Below are positions 1 to 9,464 of a DNA stretch of 36,899 nucleotides, in pieces. Position 1 is the stretch's first letter, and each line of letters begins with the position of its first letter. Location: NCBI GenBank assembly GCA_024640445.1, contig JAHEEZ010000002.1, forward strand, positions 1-36,899, read 5' to 3'. This stretch comes from Acidobacteriota bacterium (lineage in GTDB: Bacteria > Acidobacteriota > Blastocatellia > Pyrinomonadales > Pyrinomonadaceae). The position numbers and the translations under genes are program-made. Below the pieces are notes generated by a model. It searched no databases. It was not told the DNA's origin and saw nothing but the letters and a program-made list of their open reading frames with translations.

Positions 1-255
1 GCGATGAGCGAGGCGAAGATCGAAAACTTCCTTGCCAGGAAAGTGATCGAGAATCCGAATGAGCTGAGCGGAGCAAGGCCTGCACCTGCCGCGAATGCGA
101 CGAGCGAAACGCCGGAAACCAACGCAAACACAGCAAACATCGCCAACACTTCGAATTCGGACGCGAATAGTGGCAATGCAGCTGCAGCGAACGCCTCGCC
201 GGCGGCAAATAAGGAAGCCAATTCGAACGCTTCGGAAAAGGAAGAGAAGAAGTAA
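1..255 (+). CDS. C-terminal fragment of a protein truncated by the window edge; Asn/Ala/Ser/Thr-rich low-complexity tail, function unknown
   Basis: Frame 1 is open from base 1 to TAA at 253-255. A hairpin terminator follows at 281-307. No recognisable domain in the visible residues. Confidence 0.4.
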   Translation, partial: AMSEAKIENFLARKVIENPNELSGARPAPAANATSETPETNANTANIANTSNSDANSGNAAAANASPAANKEANSNASEKEEKK

Positions 256-280
256 TGACCGCAGTGAACTGCTAGGTGCG

Positions 281-307
281 AAAAGGCGGGCGGTTGCCCG
301 CCTTTTC
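281..307 (+). terminator. Rho-independent terminator-like hairpin
   Basis: GGCGGGC (285-291) pairs with GCCCGCC (296-302) around a GGTT loop, flanked by AAAA and TTTT. It lies inside the 5' extension of the ORF starting at 276, which favours ATG 360 as the real ABC-F start. Confidence 0.55.
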
Positions 308-359
308 GACGTTAGAGTATCAGATCGAGCCGGACGAAAGGACCTGCGTGCTCGCAATT

Positions 360-2264
360 ATGCTGTTTCGCTTATCAGAATTATCAAAATCCTACGGCGC
401 CGATCGCGTACTCCGTGGCGTGACTTTTCAGTTGAACGCCGGTGAAAAGGTCGGTCTGGTGGGACGTAATGGCGCGGGAAAGACGACGGTTTTCAGAATA
501 CTTGTCGGGACTGAGTTCCCGGATTCGGGGGGTGTCGACAAGATCAATGGGCTCCGCATCGGCATGCTCGACCAGCACGTAGATTTCGAGGGCTCTGAAA
601 CGGTTCATACCGCCGCATTGTCGGCATTCAAGAAACTCCACGACATTGAGGCGGAGATGCGGATCCTGGAGAAGCGGATGGCGGAAGACCACTCTCCTGA
701 ATTGCTCGACCGGTACGCCGATCTTCAGACCGAATTCGAGCATAACGGCGGCTTTGAGTACACCGCGCGGGCAGAGGCAATCCTGCTCGGTCTGGGATTT
801 GAAAAGGATGACTGGAACGTCGATACGAGGGTGCTTTCCGGAGGGCAGAAGAACCGGCTGGGAATGGTGCGCCTGCTGCTTTCAGAGTCCGACATATTGC
901 TGCTCGACGAGCCCACAAACCATCTTGACGTAAAGGCGGTCGAGTGGCTGGAGGAGTATCTTCGGGCATCGGATCTGGCCTTCGTAGTCGTCAGCCACGA
1001 CCGATACTTTCTGGACCGGACTTGCGCCAAGATCATCGAGTTGGACAACGGAAGGGCATATTCATACACGGGAAACTACACAGAGTTTCTCGCCCAGTCC
1101 GAACTACGAAAAGAACAGCACCAGAGGGAATATGAGAATCAGCAGTCGCTGATCTCAAAGACTGAAGCCTTTATTAACAAGAATCTTGCCGGGCAAAAGA
1201 CCAAGCAGGCAAAGTCGCGCCGAAACATGCTCGCGAGGATGGATAGGATCGACGCTCCCGCCAAGGAGGTGGGGGGTGGCTCCTTTCAGCTAAAGCACGT
1301 AGAGAGGACCGGCACACACGTTCTGACAACAGAACGACTCGCGGTCGGTTACGGCGAAGATATACTTGCGGGCGAGATAGACGTCGTCCTGCTAAGAGGA
1401 GAGAGGCTCGGGATCATCGGTGGAAACGGCACCGGAAAGACGACATTCCTGAAGACCTTGCTCGGAAAGATCCGCCCGATTCGCGGTGATTTCACATGGG
1501 GCGCGAAGACGCGCCTCGGTTACTACTCCCAGCAGCTTGAAGAACTGGATGTCCAGAACGAGGTGATCGGCGAATTTCGAAAGGTCGCGCCTCTTGCCGA
1601 GAACGGCGAATTGAGGTCCTTTCTCGCCCGCTTCCTCTTCTTTGGCGACGACGTTTTCAAGCGGGTCGGTGATCTCTCAGGAGGCGAGAAGGGAAGACTT
1701 TCCCTTGCGAAACTCGTCTATTCGGGTGCGAACGTACTCCTTCTGGACGAGCCGACAAACCATCTTGACATACCCTCACGCGAGGCGCTTGAGGAATCGC
1801 TCCTTTCGTTCCCGGGCACTATTATCGTAGTCAGTCACGATCGCTTCTTTTTGGACCGGATCACGAACCGGACGCTGGACTTGCGCGGTGACGGTGCGGC
1901 CGAACTCTTCAATGGCAGCTACACTGAGTATCACGACAAGATCGCTGGAAAGAAGCCGGCTTCAACGGTGGAGCGTGCAGGATATCGTGAATCCGAGAGT
2001 ATCGATCAGGAGCCGACCAATACCCCTGCTTCATCGATGAGCAAGAACGAGCGACGGAAGATCGAAGACCGGATCCGCGAGATCGAAACGCAGATCCCGG
2101 ATCTGGAAGAAGAGCTGGCCGCGCTAACGCAGAAGATGAGCCTTCGCGAAACCGCAACCGATCAGGTGCTGTTCGACCGTTTGACGAAGGAGTTTTCCGA
2201 CAAACAAGAAACCGTGAAGGCTATTTACGACGAATGGGAAGATCTGTTGTCCAGATCGTCCTGA
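360..2264 (+). CDS. ABC-F family ATPase (Uup/YheS-like; two ABC domains, no membrane domain)
   Basis: Two Walker A motifs (GRNGAGKTT, GGNGTGKTT), two signature motifs (LSGGQKNR, LSGGEKGR) and two Walker B motifs (LLLDEPTNHLD twice). Charged inter-domain linker and coiled-coil-like C-terminus. Start moved to ATG 360 (MLFRLSELSKSYG). Confidence 0.9.
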   Translation: MLFRLSELSKSYGADRVLRGVTFQLNAGEKVGLVGRNGAGKTTVFRILVGTEFPDSGGVDKINGLRIGMLDQHVDFEGSETVHTAALSAFKKLHDIEAEMRILEKRMAEDHSPELLDRYADLQTEFEHNGGFEYTARAEAILLGLGFEKDDWNVDTRVLSGGQKNRLGMVRLLLSESDILLLDEPTNHLDVKAVEWLEEYLRASDLAFVVVSHDRYFLDRTCAKIIELDNGRAYSYTGNYTEFLAQSELRKEQHQREYENQQSLISKTEAFINKNLAGQKTKQAKSRRNMLARMDRIDAPAKEVGGGSFQLKHVERTGTHVLTTERLAVGYGEDILAGEIDVVLLRGERLGIIGGNGTGKTTFLKTLLGKIRPIRGDFTWGAKTRLGYYSQQLEELDVQNEVIGEFRKVAPLAENGELRSFLARFLFFGDDVFKRVGDLSGGEKGRLSLAKLVYSGANVLLLDEPTNHLDIPSREALEESLLSFPGTIIVVSHDRFFLDRITNRTLDLRGDGAAELFNGSYTEYHDKIAGKKPASTVERAGYRESESIDQEPTNTPASSMSKNERRKIEDRIREIETQIPDLEEELAALTQKMSLRETATDQVLFDRLTKEFSDKQETVKAIYDEWEDLLSRSS

Positions 2265-2323
2265 CACACCTTTCTACCTGCCCGATGTCCCGAAAATAAG
2301 CACGCATTGAATACCCTCCGGAA

Positions 2324-2352
2324 TTGACAACCGGCCATTGTGTAACTAAAGT
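2324..2352 (+). promoter_or_regulatory. Sigma70-like promoter of the Rrf2/ABC-exporter operon
   Basis: TTGACA (2324-2329), 17-nt spacer, TAAAGT (2347-2352), about 40 nt upstream of ATG 2394. Confidence 0.45.
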
Positions 2353-2361
2353 GGTTACACA
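2339..2361. promoter_or_regulatory. Perfect 8-bp inverted repeat (candidate operator) overlapping the -10 element
   Basis: TGTGTAAC (2339-2346), spacer TAAAGTG, GTTACACA (2354-2361). It lies directly upstream of an Rrf2-family repressor gene. Confidence 0.5.
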
Positions 2362-2393
2362 CTTCGAGGCATTTGTCGTAAGGTTCTGATTCC

Positions 2394-2849
2394 ATGGGTT
2401 CAAATAGCAGACTGGCAGTGGCGGTTCATACCGCCGGAATTCTCGCGCTGCGGGGGCGCCAGCCTGTCACTTCAGACATGGTCGCGACTAGCGTGGGAAC
2501 CAATCCTGTAGTGGTCCGCAGGATCATTGGATGCCTTGTGAAGAGCGGAATTGCTGAGGTCCGAAAGGGCTCCGGCGGCGGGGCGTTTTTAACAAGACCG
2601 GCAAATGCGATCACTATCGCTGATATCTATGCGGCGCTCGGAGAAGACGAACTCTTCCAGGTGCCAAGCCTTGGAAAGGAGCACGAGTGCCCGATCGGGA
2701 GGGCTGTAAGGCCAATTCTCCATCAGTTGTTCAGCGGTGCGGAGGAAGCGATGATCGGATATCTTGCCGGAATAAATCTGGAGGACCTGATCAAAATGCT
2801 CGGGGAAGATATTCCGGACGGCATTTGCGGAGAGATCTCGGATGACTGA
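2394..2849 (+). CDS. Rrf2 family transcriptional regulator (YwnA-like, no canonical 3-Cys Fe-S motif)
   Basis: N-terminal winged-helix pattern SRLAVAVHTAGILA...TSDMVATSVGTNPVVVRRIIGCLVKSGIAEVRKGSGGGAFLTR, typical of Rrf2/YwnA. Overlaps the next gene by 8 nt (ATGACTGA). Confidence 0.85.
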   Translation: MGSNSRLAVAVHTAGILALRGRQPVTSDMVATSVGTNPVVVRRIIGCLVKSGIAEVRKGSGGGAFLTRPANAITIADIYAALGEDELFQVPSLGKEHECPIGRAVRPILHQLFSGAEEAMIGYLAGINLEDLIKMLGEDIPDGICGEISDD

Positions 2850-4689
2850 CGAAAGACCTGAAAAGAAGAAAAGATTTACATTGCAGGGGGCCTGGAAGGA
2901 CGCAAGGGAACTGGTGTGGCTGCACCGTTGGCGCCTTGCACTGGGCGGCGCGCTGATGCTTGTCAGCAGGCTGGCCGGCCTTGTGTTGCCTGCGTCGTCA
3001 AAATACCTCATTGATGAGGTAATTACCAAGCAGCGATTCGAGATACTTAAGTGGATCGCACTCGCTATCGGTCTGGCGACGGTTGTCCAGGCGATCACTT
3101 CCTTCGCGCTTTCGCAGATTCTCGGCGTAGCGGCGCAAAAAGCGATCACGGAGATGCGCAAGGCCGTTCAAGCGCACATCGAGAAACTTCCGATCTCCTA
3201 TTTTGATTCGACTCAGACCGGCCAGCTGATCTCACGCATAATGAGCGATGCCGAAGGCATCCGCAATCTGATCGGAACCGGTCTTGTTCAGCTTTCGGGG
3301 AGTACGGTTACGGCTCTTATTTCGATCGTTGTCTTGTTCTGGATCAACTGGAAGATGACATCGGTAACGATCATCGTGCTTGCCCTTTTCGGCGGGGCGC
3401 TCGCCTTCGCTTTCAAACGGCTGAGACCGATATTTCGTGAACGGCAGCAAATTAACGCCGAGGTGACGGGCAGGCTCGGCGAATCGCTCGGCGGCATCAG
3501 GATCGTGAAAGCGTACACGGCGGAGAGGAGGGAGGCCCTGACCTTTGCAAGGGGAGCCCACAGGCTGTTCAGGAACGTCGCGAAATCAATGACAGGCGTT
3601 TCGGCGATGACCGGTTTCTCTTCCGTGATCATAGGCGCGATCGGCGTCGTGATGATCCTGATCGGCGGCAATTCGGTCATGGCCGGCACGATGACCCTCG
3701 GCGATCTCTTCATGTACATCTTCTTCACGAGCCTCATGGCATTGCCGATCATCGAGTTCACTTCGATAGGCACTCAGATAACTGAGGCGTTCGCAGGACT
3801 CGACCGCATACGCGAAGTAATGAATTCCGTCACGGAAGATGAAGAGGATTCTTCTCGCAGGCCGCTGAAGGATTTGAAGGGATCGATCAGTTTCCGCGAT
3901 GTGCATTTTGAATACGAGGAAAACACACCCGTGCTGAACGGAGTGTCATTTGACGCTGAGGCGGGGAGCACGACCGCTCTTGTTGGCTCCAGCGGCTCCG
4001 GGAAGTCGACGATACTCTCGCACGTGCTCAACTTCGTCCAGCCGCAAAAAGGCAAGGTTCTTGTTGACGGAGTGGATCTTCAGGAACTCCGGTTAAGGGA
4101 TTACAGAAAACACCTTGGTGTCGTCCTGCAGGAAAATTTCCTGTTCGACGGCACTATCCTCGAGAACATTCAATTCTCCAATGCCGGGGCAACGATAGAA
4201 AAAGTCAGAGAGGTCTGCCGGATCGCATACTGCGACGAGTTCATCGACAAGTTCGAGAATGGGTATGACACCGTGGTAGGCGAAAGGGGGGTCAAACTCT
4301 CCGGCGGCCAGAGGCAGAGGATAGCGATCGCCCGCGCGCTTCTTGCGGATCCAAGAATACTGATTCTCGACGAGGCGACTTCCAGCCTTGATTCAGAGAG
4401 CGAACAGATGATCCAGGAAGGGCTCAAGGAACTGAGGAAAGGCAGAACCACCTTCGTTATTGCACATCGGCTCTCCACGATCAGAAGCGCGGACAACATT
4501 CTTGTCGTCGAAGAAGGCAGGATCGTGGAAAGCGGCACCCACGATGAGCTGATCGCTCTGGACGGCCGGTACAAGCAGCTTTATGACAAACAGTACCGGT
4601 TCGAAAAGAACCAGTTCATCAACCCGGGTGAGGATTTTACACCGGATGAAAATGAACTGGACCGTGTTCCCAGAGCTTCAAGACTGTGA
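2842..4689 (+). CDS. ABC exporter, fused permease/ATPase (MsbA/MdlB-type half transporter)
   Basis: N-terminal six-TM-type region, then an NBD with Walker A GSSGSGKST, signature LSGGQRQR, Walker B ILILDEATSSLD and H-loop AHRLST. Confidence 0.9.
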   Translation: MTDERPEKKKRFTLQGAWKDARELVWLHRWRLALGGALMLVSRLAGLVLPASSKYLIDEVITKQRFEILKWIALAIGLATVVQAITSFALSQILGVAAQKAITEMRKAVQAHIEKLPISYFDSTQTGQLISRIMSDAEGIRNLIGTGLVQLSGSTVTALISIVVLFWINWKMTSVTIIVLALFGGALAFAFKRLRPIFRERQQINAEVTGRLGESLGGIRIVKAYTAERREALTFARGAHRLFRNVAKSMTGVSAMTGFSSVIIGAIGVVMILIGGNSVMAGTMTLGDLFMYIFFTSLMALPIIEFTSIGTQITEAFAGLDRIREVMNSVTEDEEDSSRRPLKDLKGSISFRDVHFEYEENTPVLNGVSFDAEAGSTTALVGSSGSGKSTILSHVLNFVQPQKGKVLVDGVDLQELRLRDYRKHLGVVLQENFLFDGTILENIQFSNAGATIEKVREVCRIAYCDEFIDKFENGYDTVVGERGVKLSGGQRQRIAIARALLADPRILILDEATSSLDSESEQMIQEGLKELRKGRTTFVIAHRLSTIRSADNILVVEEGRIVESGTHDELIALDGRYKQLYDKQYRFEKNQFINPGEDFTPDENELDRVPRASRL

Positions 4690-4768
4690 CCGGTTGCATG
4701 TGTGAAGAAAATGAATAGGACGCAAGCGACCGAAATGATCCGAATTCTTATACCCGATCCCTCCATTT

Positions 4769-7240
4769 ATGGATGACAAGAAGATCGATTGGAAAAAATT
4801 GACGAAGCGGAGGATTTCCGGCCTCGGATTGATGGCGGGCGGCGGGATTGTGCTATTCTCCCCGATCCTGATCGGAGAGTGGACTCTCGCGCTTCTCGGT
4901 GGGGTATTCCTTGTCGTTGGGGCAGCATTCTTCGTACAAGCCCTTGGGCAGGCAGAAACTTACTCCACAGTAGTCAGCTATGTCACGGGTCTGGTATCCG
5001 TCCTCCTTGGAATACTTCTGTTTCTCAGTCCAAGGACGGTCCTTTCGGGACTTTTCCTGGGGATCACCCTGTTCCTGTTGATTGACGGAGGCGTCAAGAT
5101 CTATGCCGCCGCAAAGAAAAGCGGCCGTGATCGTAGGTGGGGAATCTTCAACGGGAGTTTTGTGGTCGTCCTGGCGATTCTGGTCCGTATCATATTTTCG
5201 GCCGAGCTCGGCTTGGTCGCCGTGGGTATCGTCTTAGGGACGTGGCTGATCGTTCAGGGATGGACGCTGTTCTTCACTCCTGAGCAAGGGCTGATCCCGG
5301 CTGATGAAGTGAGAAATCCGCGGACGCATCCGGACAGGTACCTGGGCCTGGAGCCGGGAGATGACCTCCAAAAGGTCAATGAGGAGATCCTCGCAAATGA
5401 TCGCTCTGTGACCAGACAGGATATCTACTGGAGCACCACGGTGCTGGGAATCCTGTTCGCTTCTCATTTTGTCCGCGCTCCGCTCAAGTGGTCGGTCTTC
5501 GGAATCATATCGCCATTCGTCGCGGTTGCGGGCGATGCAGCAGCAGCGTTGCTTCTCGGCATTGTGCTTATCCTTCCCTTTAGACTGCTTTGGCGCAAAT
5601 TAACCCGACCTTTCGAAAGAGCCGCGTGGCGACGATTGCGTTCGTTGCCGGAAGAGCTAGAAGAACCCAGCATCGCAGAGAGGCTAATAAATTACTGGCT
5701 TGAAAGCCGCATGCGATTCTCACACGAATTGCGCGCCGTTCGCCTTTCGCTGAATTACGCGTTCTGGCGGATGCTCCGTTTCGGACTTCCGATAACTGCA
5801 GTGTTCGTAGCGATAAGCTCGATATGGGGATTCAGTTGGTATTTCAATTCGGAAAACTGGGCCTCGGGCGTGTTTCAGATAATCACTCAGGGAAGGGTTG
5901 ATACGTGGAGGAAACGAGGGGCGGAAGAGGTAGAAAAAGCACTTTTGGAAAGGGGGGCGGACGCCAAGGATATCTTTTCCGTAAGGCCGGAAGGTATTAC
6001 TGATTCTGACGACTTCAGTTTTGTCGTGATAGGAGACACGGGAGAAGGCGATGCTTCTCAGACCGTCCTTCGAGACCAGATAATCAAAGCGGGTAACCGT
6101 GACGATGTGAGGTTCCTGGTGTTGTCGTCGGATGTCATCTATCCGGATGGCAAAATGGACGACTACGAAGACAACTTCTACCTGCCGTTCAAGGGTTTCT
6201 CCAAGCCAATATACGCGATTCCAGGGAATCACGACTGGTACGATGCCGACGTGGGCTTTAACGCCAACTTTCTTGAGCCGGAAGCCGCGATTATTGCGCT
6301 AAAGGCCGGATTCGGCAGGGATCTTGGGATGGAAAGCAAGACCATGGAGCGGCATTATGGCGAAATAGTCGCCGAGGGAAAACGGCTAAGGGAGTATTAC
6401 GGCATTAAGAACGGCCTTCAGCGCGCGCCGTTCTTTGATCTTCACAAAGATGGATTCTCGCTTATCGCCGTCGATACAGGAATCCTCAGGAAGATAGACA
6501 GCAAGGAGCGCGAATGGCTCGAGGCCAGCCTCAAGAGAGCAGGAGACAACTTCAAGTTTGTGATCCTTGGGCATCCATTCTATGTGGCCGGGAGATCTAC
6601 GTTCGAAGACGATGCTGATTTCAGTGCGATATATCAATTGCTTAGGCGCTTCCAGGTTGACCTGGTAATGGCCGGCGACACCCACGATTTTGAGTACTAC
6701 AATGAGCAGTTTTCCTCAAACGGGCAAATGCTCGAAATGCGTCACTTTGTAAACGGTGGAGGCGGCGCGTACTTGAGTATCGGCACCGCTGCCGGATTTC
6801 CAGAAGACCCATTCACTAAGGACTTCGTCTTTTATCCCCGCACAGACCAGCTTATTGAAAAAATCAATAAAGAAGCGCCATTCTGGAAGAAGCCTTTGCT
6901 TTTATGGATGCAGACTCTTCAAGGTTGGCCTTTCGACCAAGAGGTCCTGTCCGGAGCGTTCGATTTCAACAACGCACCGTTCTTTCAGAGCTTTGTGGTG
7001 GTAAATGTGGAGCGATCGAAGGGTCAGATACGGATCCAGCTCGTCGGGGCGAAGGGCCCGTTGGAGTGGAAGGATGTCCAAACAGGTCCCGTCGCAAGGC
7101 CGAAAGGAACTGCCGAGAATGACAAGGTCGAGTTTCTGGTGCCGTTGGTGAAAAGCAGTAAGACAGTGATGTCAGCGGAGCCTGGCATCGGTACCGAATC
7201 ACAGAACGCCAAGGCATCACAAAATGATGGCAGCAAATGA
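4769..7240 (+). CDS. Polytopic membrane protein fused to a calcineurin-like metallophosphoesterase domain
   Basis: The N-terminal ~370 aa hold many hydrophobic segments (Gly-rich HdeD/DUF308-like repeats at the start). The C-terminal half carries the phosphoesterase motifs GDTGEGD, SSDVIYPDG, GNHDWY, LGHPF and GDTHDFE. Confidence 0.75.
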   Translation: MDDKKIDWKKLTKRRISGLGLMAGGGIVLFSPILIGEWTLALLGGVFLVVGAAFFVQALGQAETYSTVVSYVTGLVSVLLGILLFLSPRTVLSGLFLGITLFLLIDGGVKIYAAAKKSGRDRRWGIFNGSFVVVLAILVRIIFSAELGLVAVGIVLGTWLIVQGWTLFFTPEQGLIPADEVRNPRTHPDRYLGLEPGDDLQKVNEEILANDRSVTRQDIYWSTTVLGILFASHFVRAPLKWSVFGIISPFVAVAGDAAAALLLGIVLILPFRLLWRKLTRPFERAAWRRLRSLPEELEEPSIAERLINYWLESRMRFSHELRAVRLSLNYAFWRMLRFGLPITAVFVAISSIWGFSWYFNSENWASGVFQIITQGRVDTWRKRGAEEVEKALLERGADAKDIFSVRPEGITDSDDFSFVVIGDTGEGDASQTVLRDQIIKAGNRDDVRFLVLSSDVIYPDGKMDDYEDNFYLPFKGFSKPIYAIPGNHDWYDADVGFNANFLEPEAAIIALKAGFGRDLGMESKTMERHYGEIVAEGKRLREYYGIKNGLQRAPFFDLHKDGFSLIAVDTGILRKIDSKEREWLEASLKRAGDNFKFVILGHPFYVAGRSTFEDDADFSAIYQLLRRFQVDLVMAGDTHDFEYYNEQFSSNGQMLEMRHFVNGGGGAYLSIGTAAGFPEDPFTKDFVFYPRTDQLIEKINKEAPFWKKPLLLWMQTLQGWPFDQEVLSGAFDFNNAPFFQSFVVVNVERSKGQIRIQLVGAKGPLEWKDVQTGPVARPKGTAENDKVEFLVPLVKSSKTVMSAEPGIGTESQNAKASQNDGSK

Positions 7241-7344
7241 TCGTTGAACACTGTTTGCTTGGCTCTCAGGCTTCCTCCTATGCGCGGGTCGAAAGGAATC
7301 AAGGCGGTTACAGTCAGTCAAAATCTTTGTGAGGAAAATAGTTC

Positions 7345-7779
7345 ATGGAAAATACCCAAAATTACAGCAACCATGTCAGGTGGTATCCACCGTTTCACTT
7401 CGTGCTGGCGCCTCTTCTGCTGGCCAATATCGTTTATTGGATAGTTCGGTTCTATCAGAATCCGGGCTGGGACAGCGGCGAACTTGTCATATTCGGGGTC
7501 GCGGTTCTCCTGCTTGCCTTCATTGCCAGGCTCTTCGCGATAAGGTGCCAGGACAGGCTCATACGGCTTGAAGAGCGCCTCAGGTATGAGAAATTGCTCT
7601 CGTCCGATGTGGCGGCAAGGGCCTCCGATCTGCGAGTCGGTCACGTGATCGCAATGAGGTTTGCGTCAGACGAGGAACTTCCGGGGCTCGTAGAACGTGC
7701 TTTGAACGGTGAGTTCGGATCACAAAAGGAGATCAAACTCGCCGTCAAGAAGTGGCGTCCGGACAACTTCAGGGTATAG
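7345..7779 (+). CDS. Small membrane protein, function unknown (resembles the DUF6526 family from memory)
   Basis: 144 aa with two N-terminal TM segments (FHFVLAPLLLANIVYWIV, LVIFGVAVLLLAFIARLF) and a soluble tail. Followed by a strong hairpin terminator. Confidence 0.55.
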   Translation: MENTQNYSNHVRWYPPFHFVLAPLLLANIVYWIVRFYQNPGWDSGELVIFGVAVLLLAFIARLFAIRCQDRLIRLEERLRYEKLLSSDVAARASDLRVGHVIAMRFASDEELPGLVERALNGEFGSQKEIKLAVKKWRPDNFRV

Positions 7780-7782
7780 CAG

Positions 7783-7812
7783 AAAGGCCCGCTTTCGCGG
7801 GCCTTTTCCTTT
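7783..7812. terminator. Bidirectional hairpin terminator between convergent genes
   Basis: AAAGGCCCGC (7783-7792), TTTC loop, GCGGGCCTTT (7797-7806), then TTCCTTT. It abuts the guaB stop codon at 7811-7813. Confidence 0.6.
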
Positions 7813-9280
7813 AACTCTCCAGCCTGTAGTTCGGCGCTTCTTTGGTGATGATCACGTCGTGCACGTGCGATTCCTTGAGGCCGGCGCTTGTGATGCGCAC
7901 GAACTTGGCGTTCTTTTGCATCTCGGCGATGTTCTTGCATCCCGTATAGCCCATTCCCGACCTGAGTCCGCCAACTAGCTGTGTGACCATCTCCTCCAGC
8001 GTGCCTTTGTAAGCGATTCGCGCTTCGATCCCTTCGGGAACGAACTTTGAATCCGACACGTTGCCTTCCTGTGCGTATCGGTCACTTGAGCCCTTCTTCA
8101 TAGCTCCGATCGAACCCATTCCCCGATAAGACTTGAAAGAGCGACCCTGGTAAAGAATTACCTCGCCGGGGGCTTCCTGCGTCCCGGCAAATAGCGATCC
8201 GATCATCACCGAATCCGCACCCGCAGCTATAGCTTTGGTAACATCGCCCGAGAACTTGACGCCGCCATCCGCGATCACCGGAACCCCGGTTCCTTTCGCC
8301 GCATCGACGCATTCGACGATCGCAGTTATCTGGGGCACTCCTGCCCCGGTCACGACTCTAGTCGTACAAATGCTGCCGGGGCCTATTCCCACCTTTATCG
8401 CGTCGACGCCTTCTTTAATAAGCGCCTCAGTCGCTTCGGCCGTTGCTACATTGCCGGCAATCAGCTGAACGTGCGGGTGCTTTTCGCGTACAGAACGGAT
8501 CGCCTGGATCACTCTGGAAGAATGTCCGTGCGCCGTGTCGATCACTATCGCGTCCGATCTCGATTCGATCAAAGCCGACGCGCGTTCTAGATAATCGCCG
8601 GTTGCTCCGATCGCAGCCGCGCACCGGAGCCGTCCCAGCTCGTCCTTTGCCGCGTTAGGATACTTGATCGCTTTCTGAATGTCCTTAACCGTGATCAGGC
8701 CCTTAAGGTACTCATCCTCGTCAACGACCAGGAGCTTCTCGATCTTGTGCTTCTGAAGCTTTACCTTCGCTTGTTCCAAGGTGGTGCCTATCGGGACGGT
8801 CACGAGCGGCTGTGGGGTCATGACTTCAGCCACCGGAATGTCATATCGCGTCTCAAATCTCAGATCGCGGTTCGTAATGATCCCAACCAGAGTCCCGTTC
8901 TCATCGATCACCGGAACTCCGCTGATCTTGTAGCGCTCCATTATTCCAAGCGCTTCCGAAACAACGGCATCGTCGCGTATCGTGACCGGATCGACGATCA
9001 TTCCGGATTCGCTTCTCTTTACCTTGTCTACCTCTTCGGCCTGTTCCCGAATAGACATATTCTTGTGGATCACTCCTATCCCGCCCTGTTGGGCAAGGGC
9101 GATCGCAAGAGCAGCCTCGGTCACAGTGTCCATCGCGGAGGAGCAAAGAGGTATGTTGAGATCAATGTTTCGCGAGAACCTTGTAGTGGTGTCGGTCTCC
9201 GCTGGCAGGACGTCAGAATAGGCAGGCACGAGAAGTACATCGTCAAATGTAAGTCCTTCTCTAATTTTCTCGGTTTCCAT
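7811..9280 (-). CDS. guaB: IMP dehydrogenase
   Basis: Full-length match to the IMPDH pattern: [10 protein letters not shown], an inserted CBS pair, the catalytic loop [11 protein letters not shown], and GGVKFSGD / GSLFAG motifs. Confidence 0.97.
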   Translation of the reverse strand: METEKIREGLTFDDVLLVPAYSDVLPAETDTTTRFSRNIDLNIPLCSSAMDTVTEAALAIALAQQGGIGVIHKNMSIREQAEEVDKVKRSESGMIVDPVTIRDDAVVSEALGIMERYKISGVPVIDENGTLVGIITNRDLRFETRYDIPVAEVMTPQPLVTVPIGTTLEQAKVKLQKHKIEKLLVVDEDEYLKGLITVKDIQKAIKYPNAAKDELGRLRCAAAIGATGDYLERASALIESRSDAIVIDTAHGHSSRVIQAIRSVREKHPHVQLIAGNVATAEATEALIKEGVDAIKVGIGPGSICTTRVVTGAGVPQITAIVECVDAAKGTGVPVIADGGVKFSGDVTKAIAAGADSVMIGSLFAGTQEAPGEVILYQGRSFKSYRGMGSIGAMKKGSSDRYAQEGNVSDSKFVPEGIEARIAYKGTLEEMVTQLVGGLRSGMGYTGCKNIAEMQKNAKFVRITSAGLKESHVHDVIITKEAPNYRLES

Positions 9281-9364
9281 AATTGATTGTAAAAATTTAT
9301 CTATTCAATTCCAAATCGCGCCGGCACGTTTTCCGGGCAAGGAACCAAACATCGTTTCAATGTC

Positions 9365-9402
9365 CAAAAGAAAAAGCGCCCGCAATTGGACTGCGGAGCG
9401 CT
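9365..9402 (-). terminator. Rho-independent terminator downstream of the rodZ-like gene
   Basis: On the minus strand: AGCGCTCCGCA, loop GTCCAAT, TGCGGGCGCT (10 bp with a one-nt bulge), followed by TTTTCTTTT. Confidence 0.55.
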
Positions 9403-9464
9403 TTGCGGGCATTGAACTGGGGTGTTCGTATATATTCTCAGTTTCCCGGGAAGAACCATCCGGA

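Noticed and set aside
276-359. 5' extension of the ABC-F ORF (track start 276)
   Set aside because: The extension runs through the terminator hairpin at 281-307 and adds non-homologous residues. ATG 360 gives the canonical ABC N-terminus.
95-445. 116-aa Arg-rich ORF overlapping the first CDS and the ABC-F start
   Set aside because: An alternative frame of low-complexity coding DNA with no domain features. It spans a terminator. Typical frame shadow.
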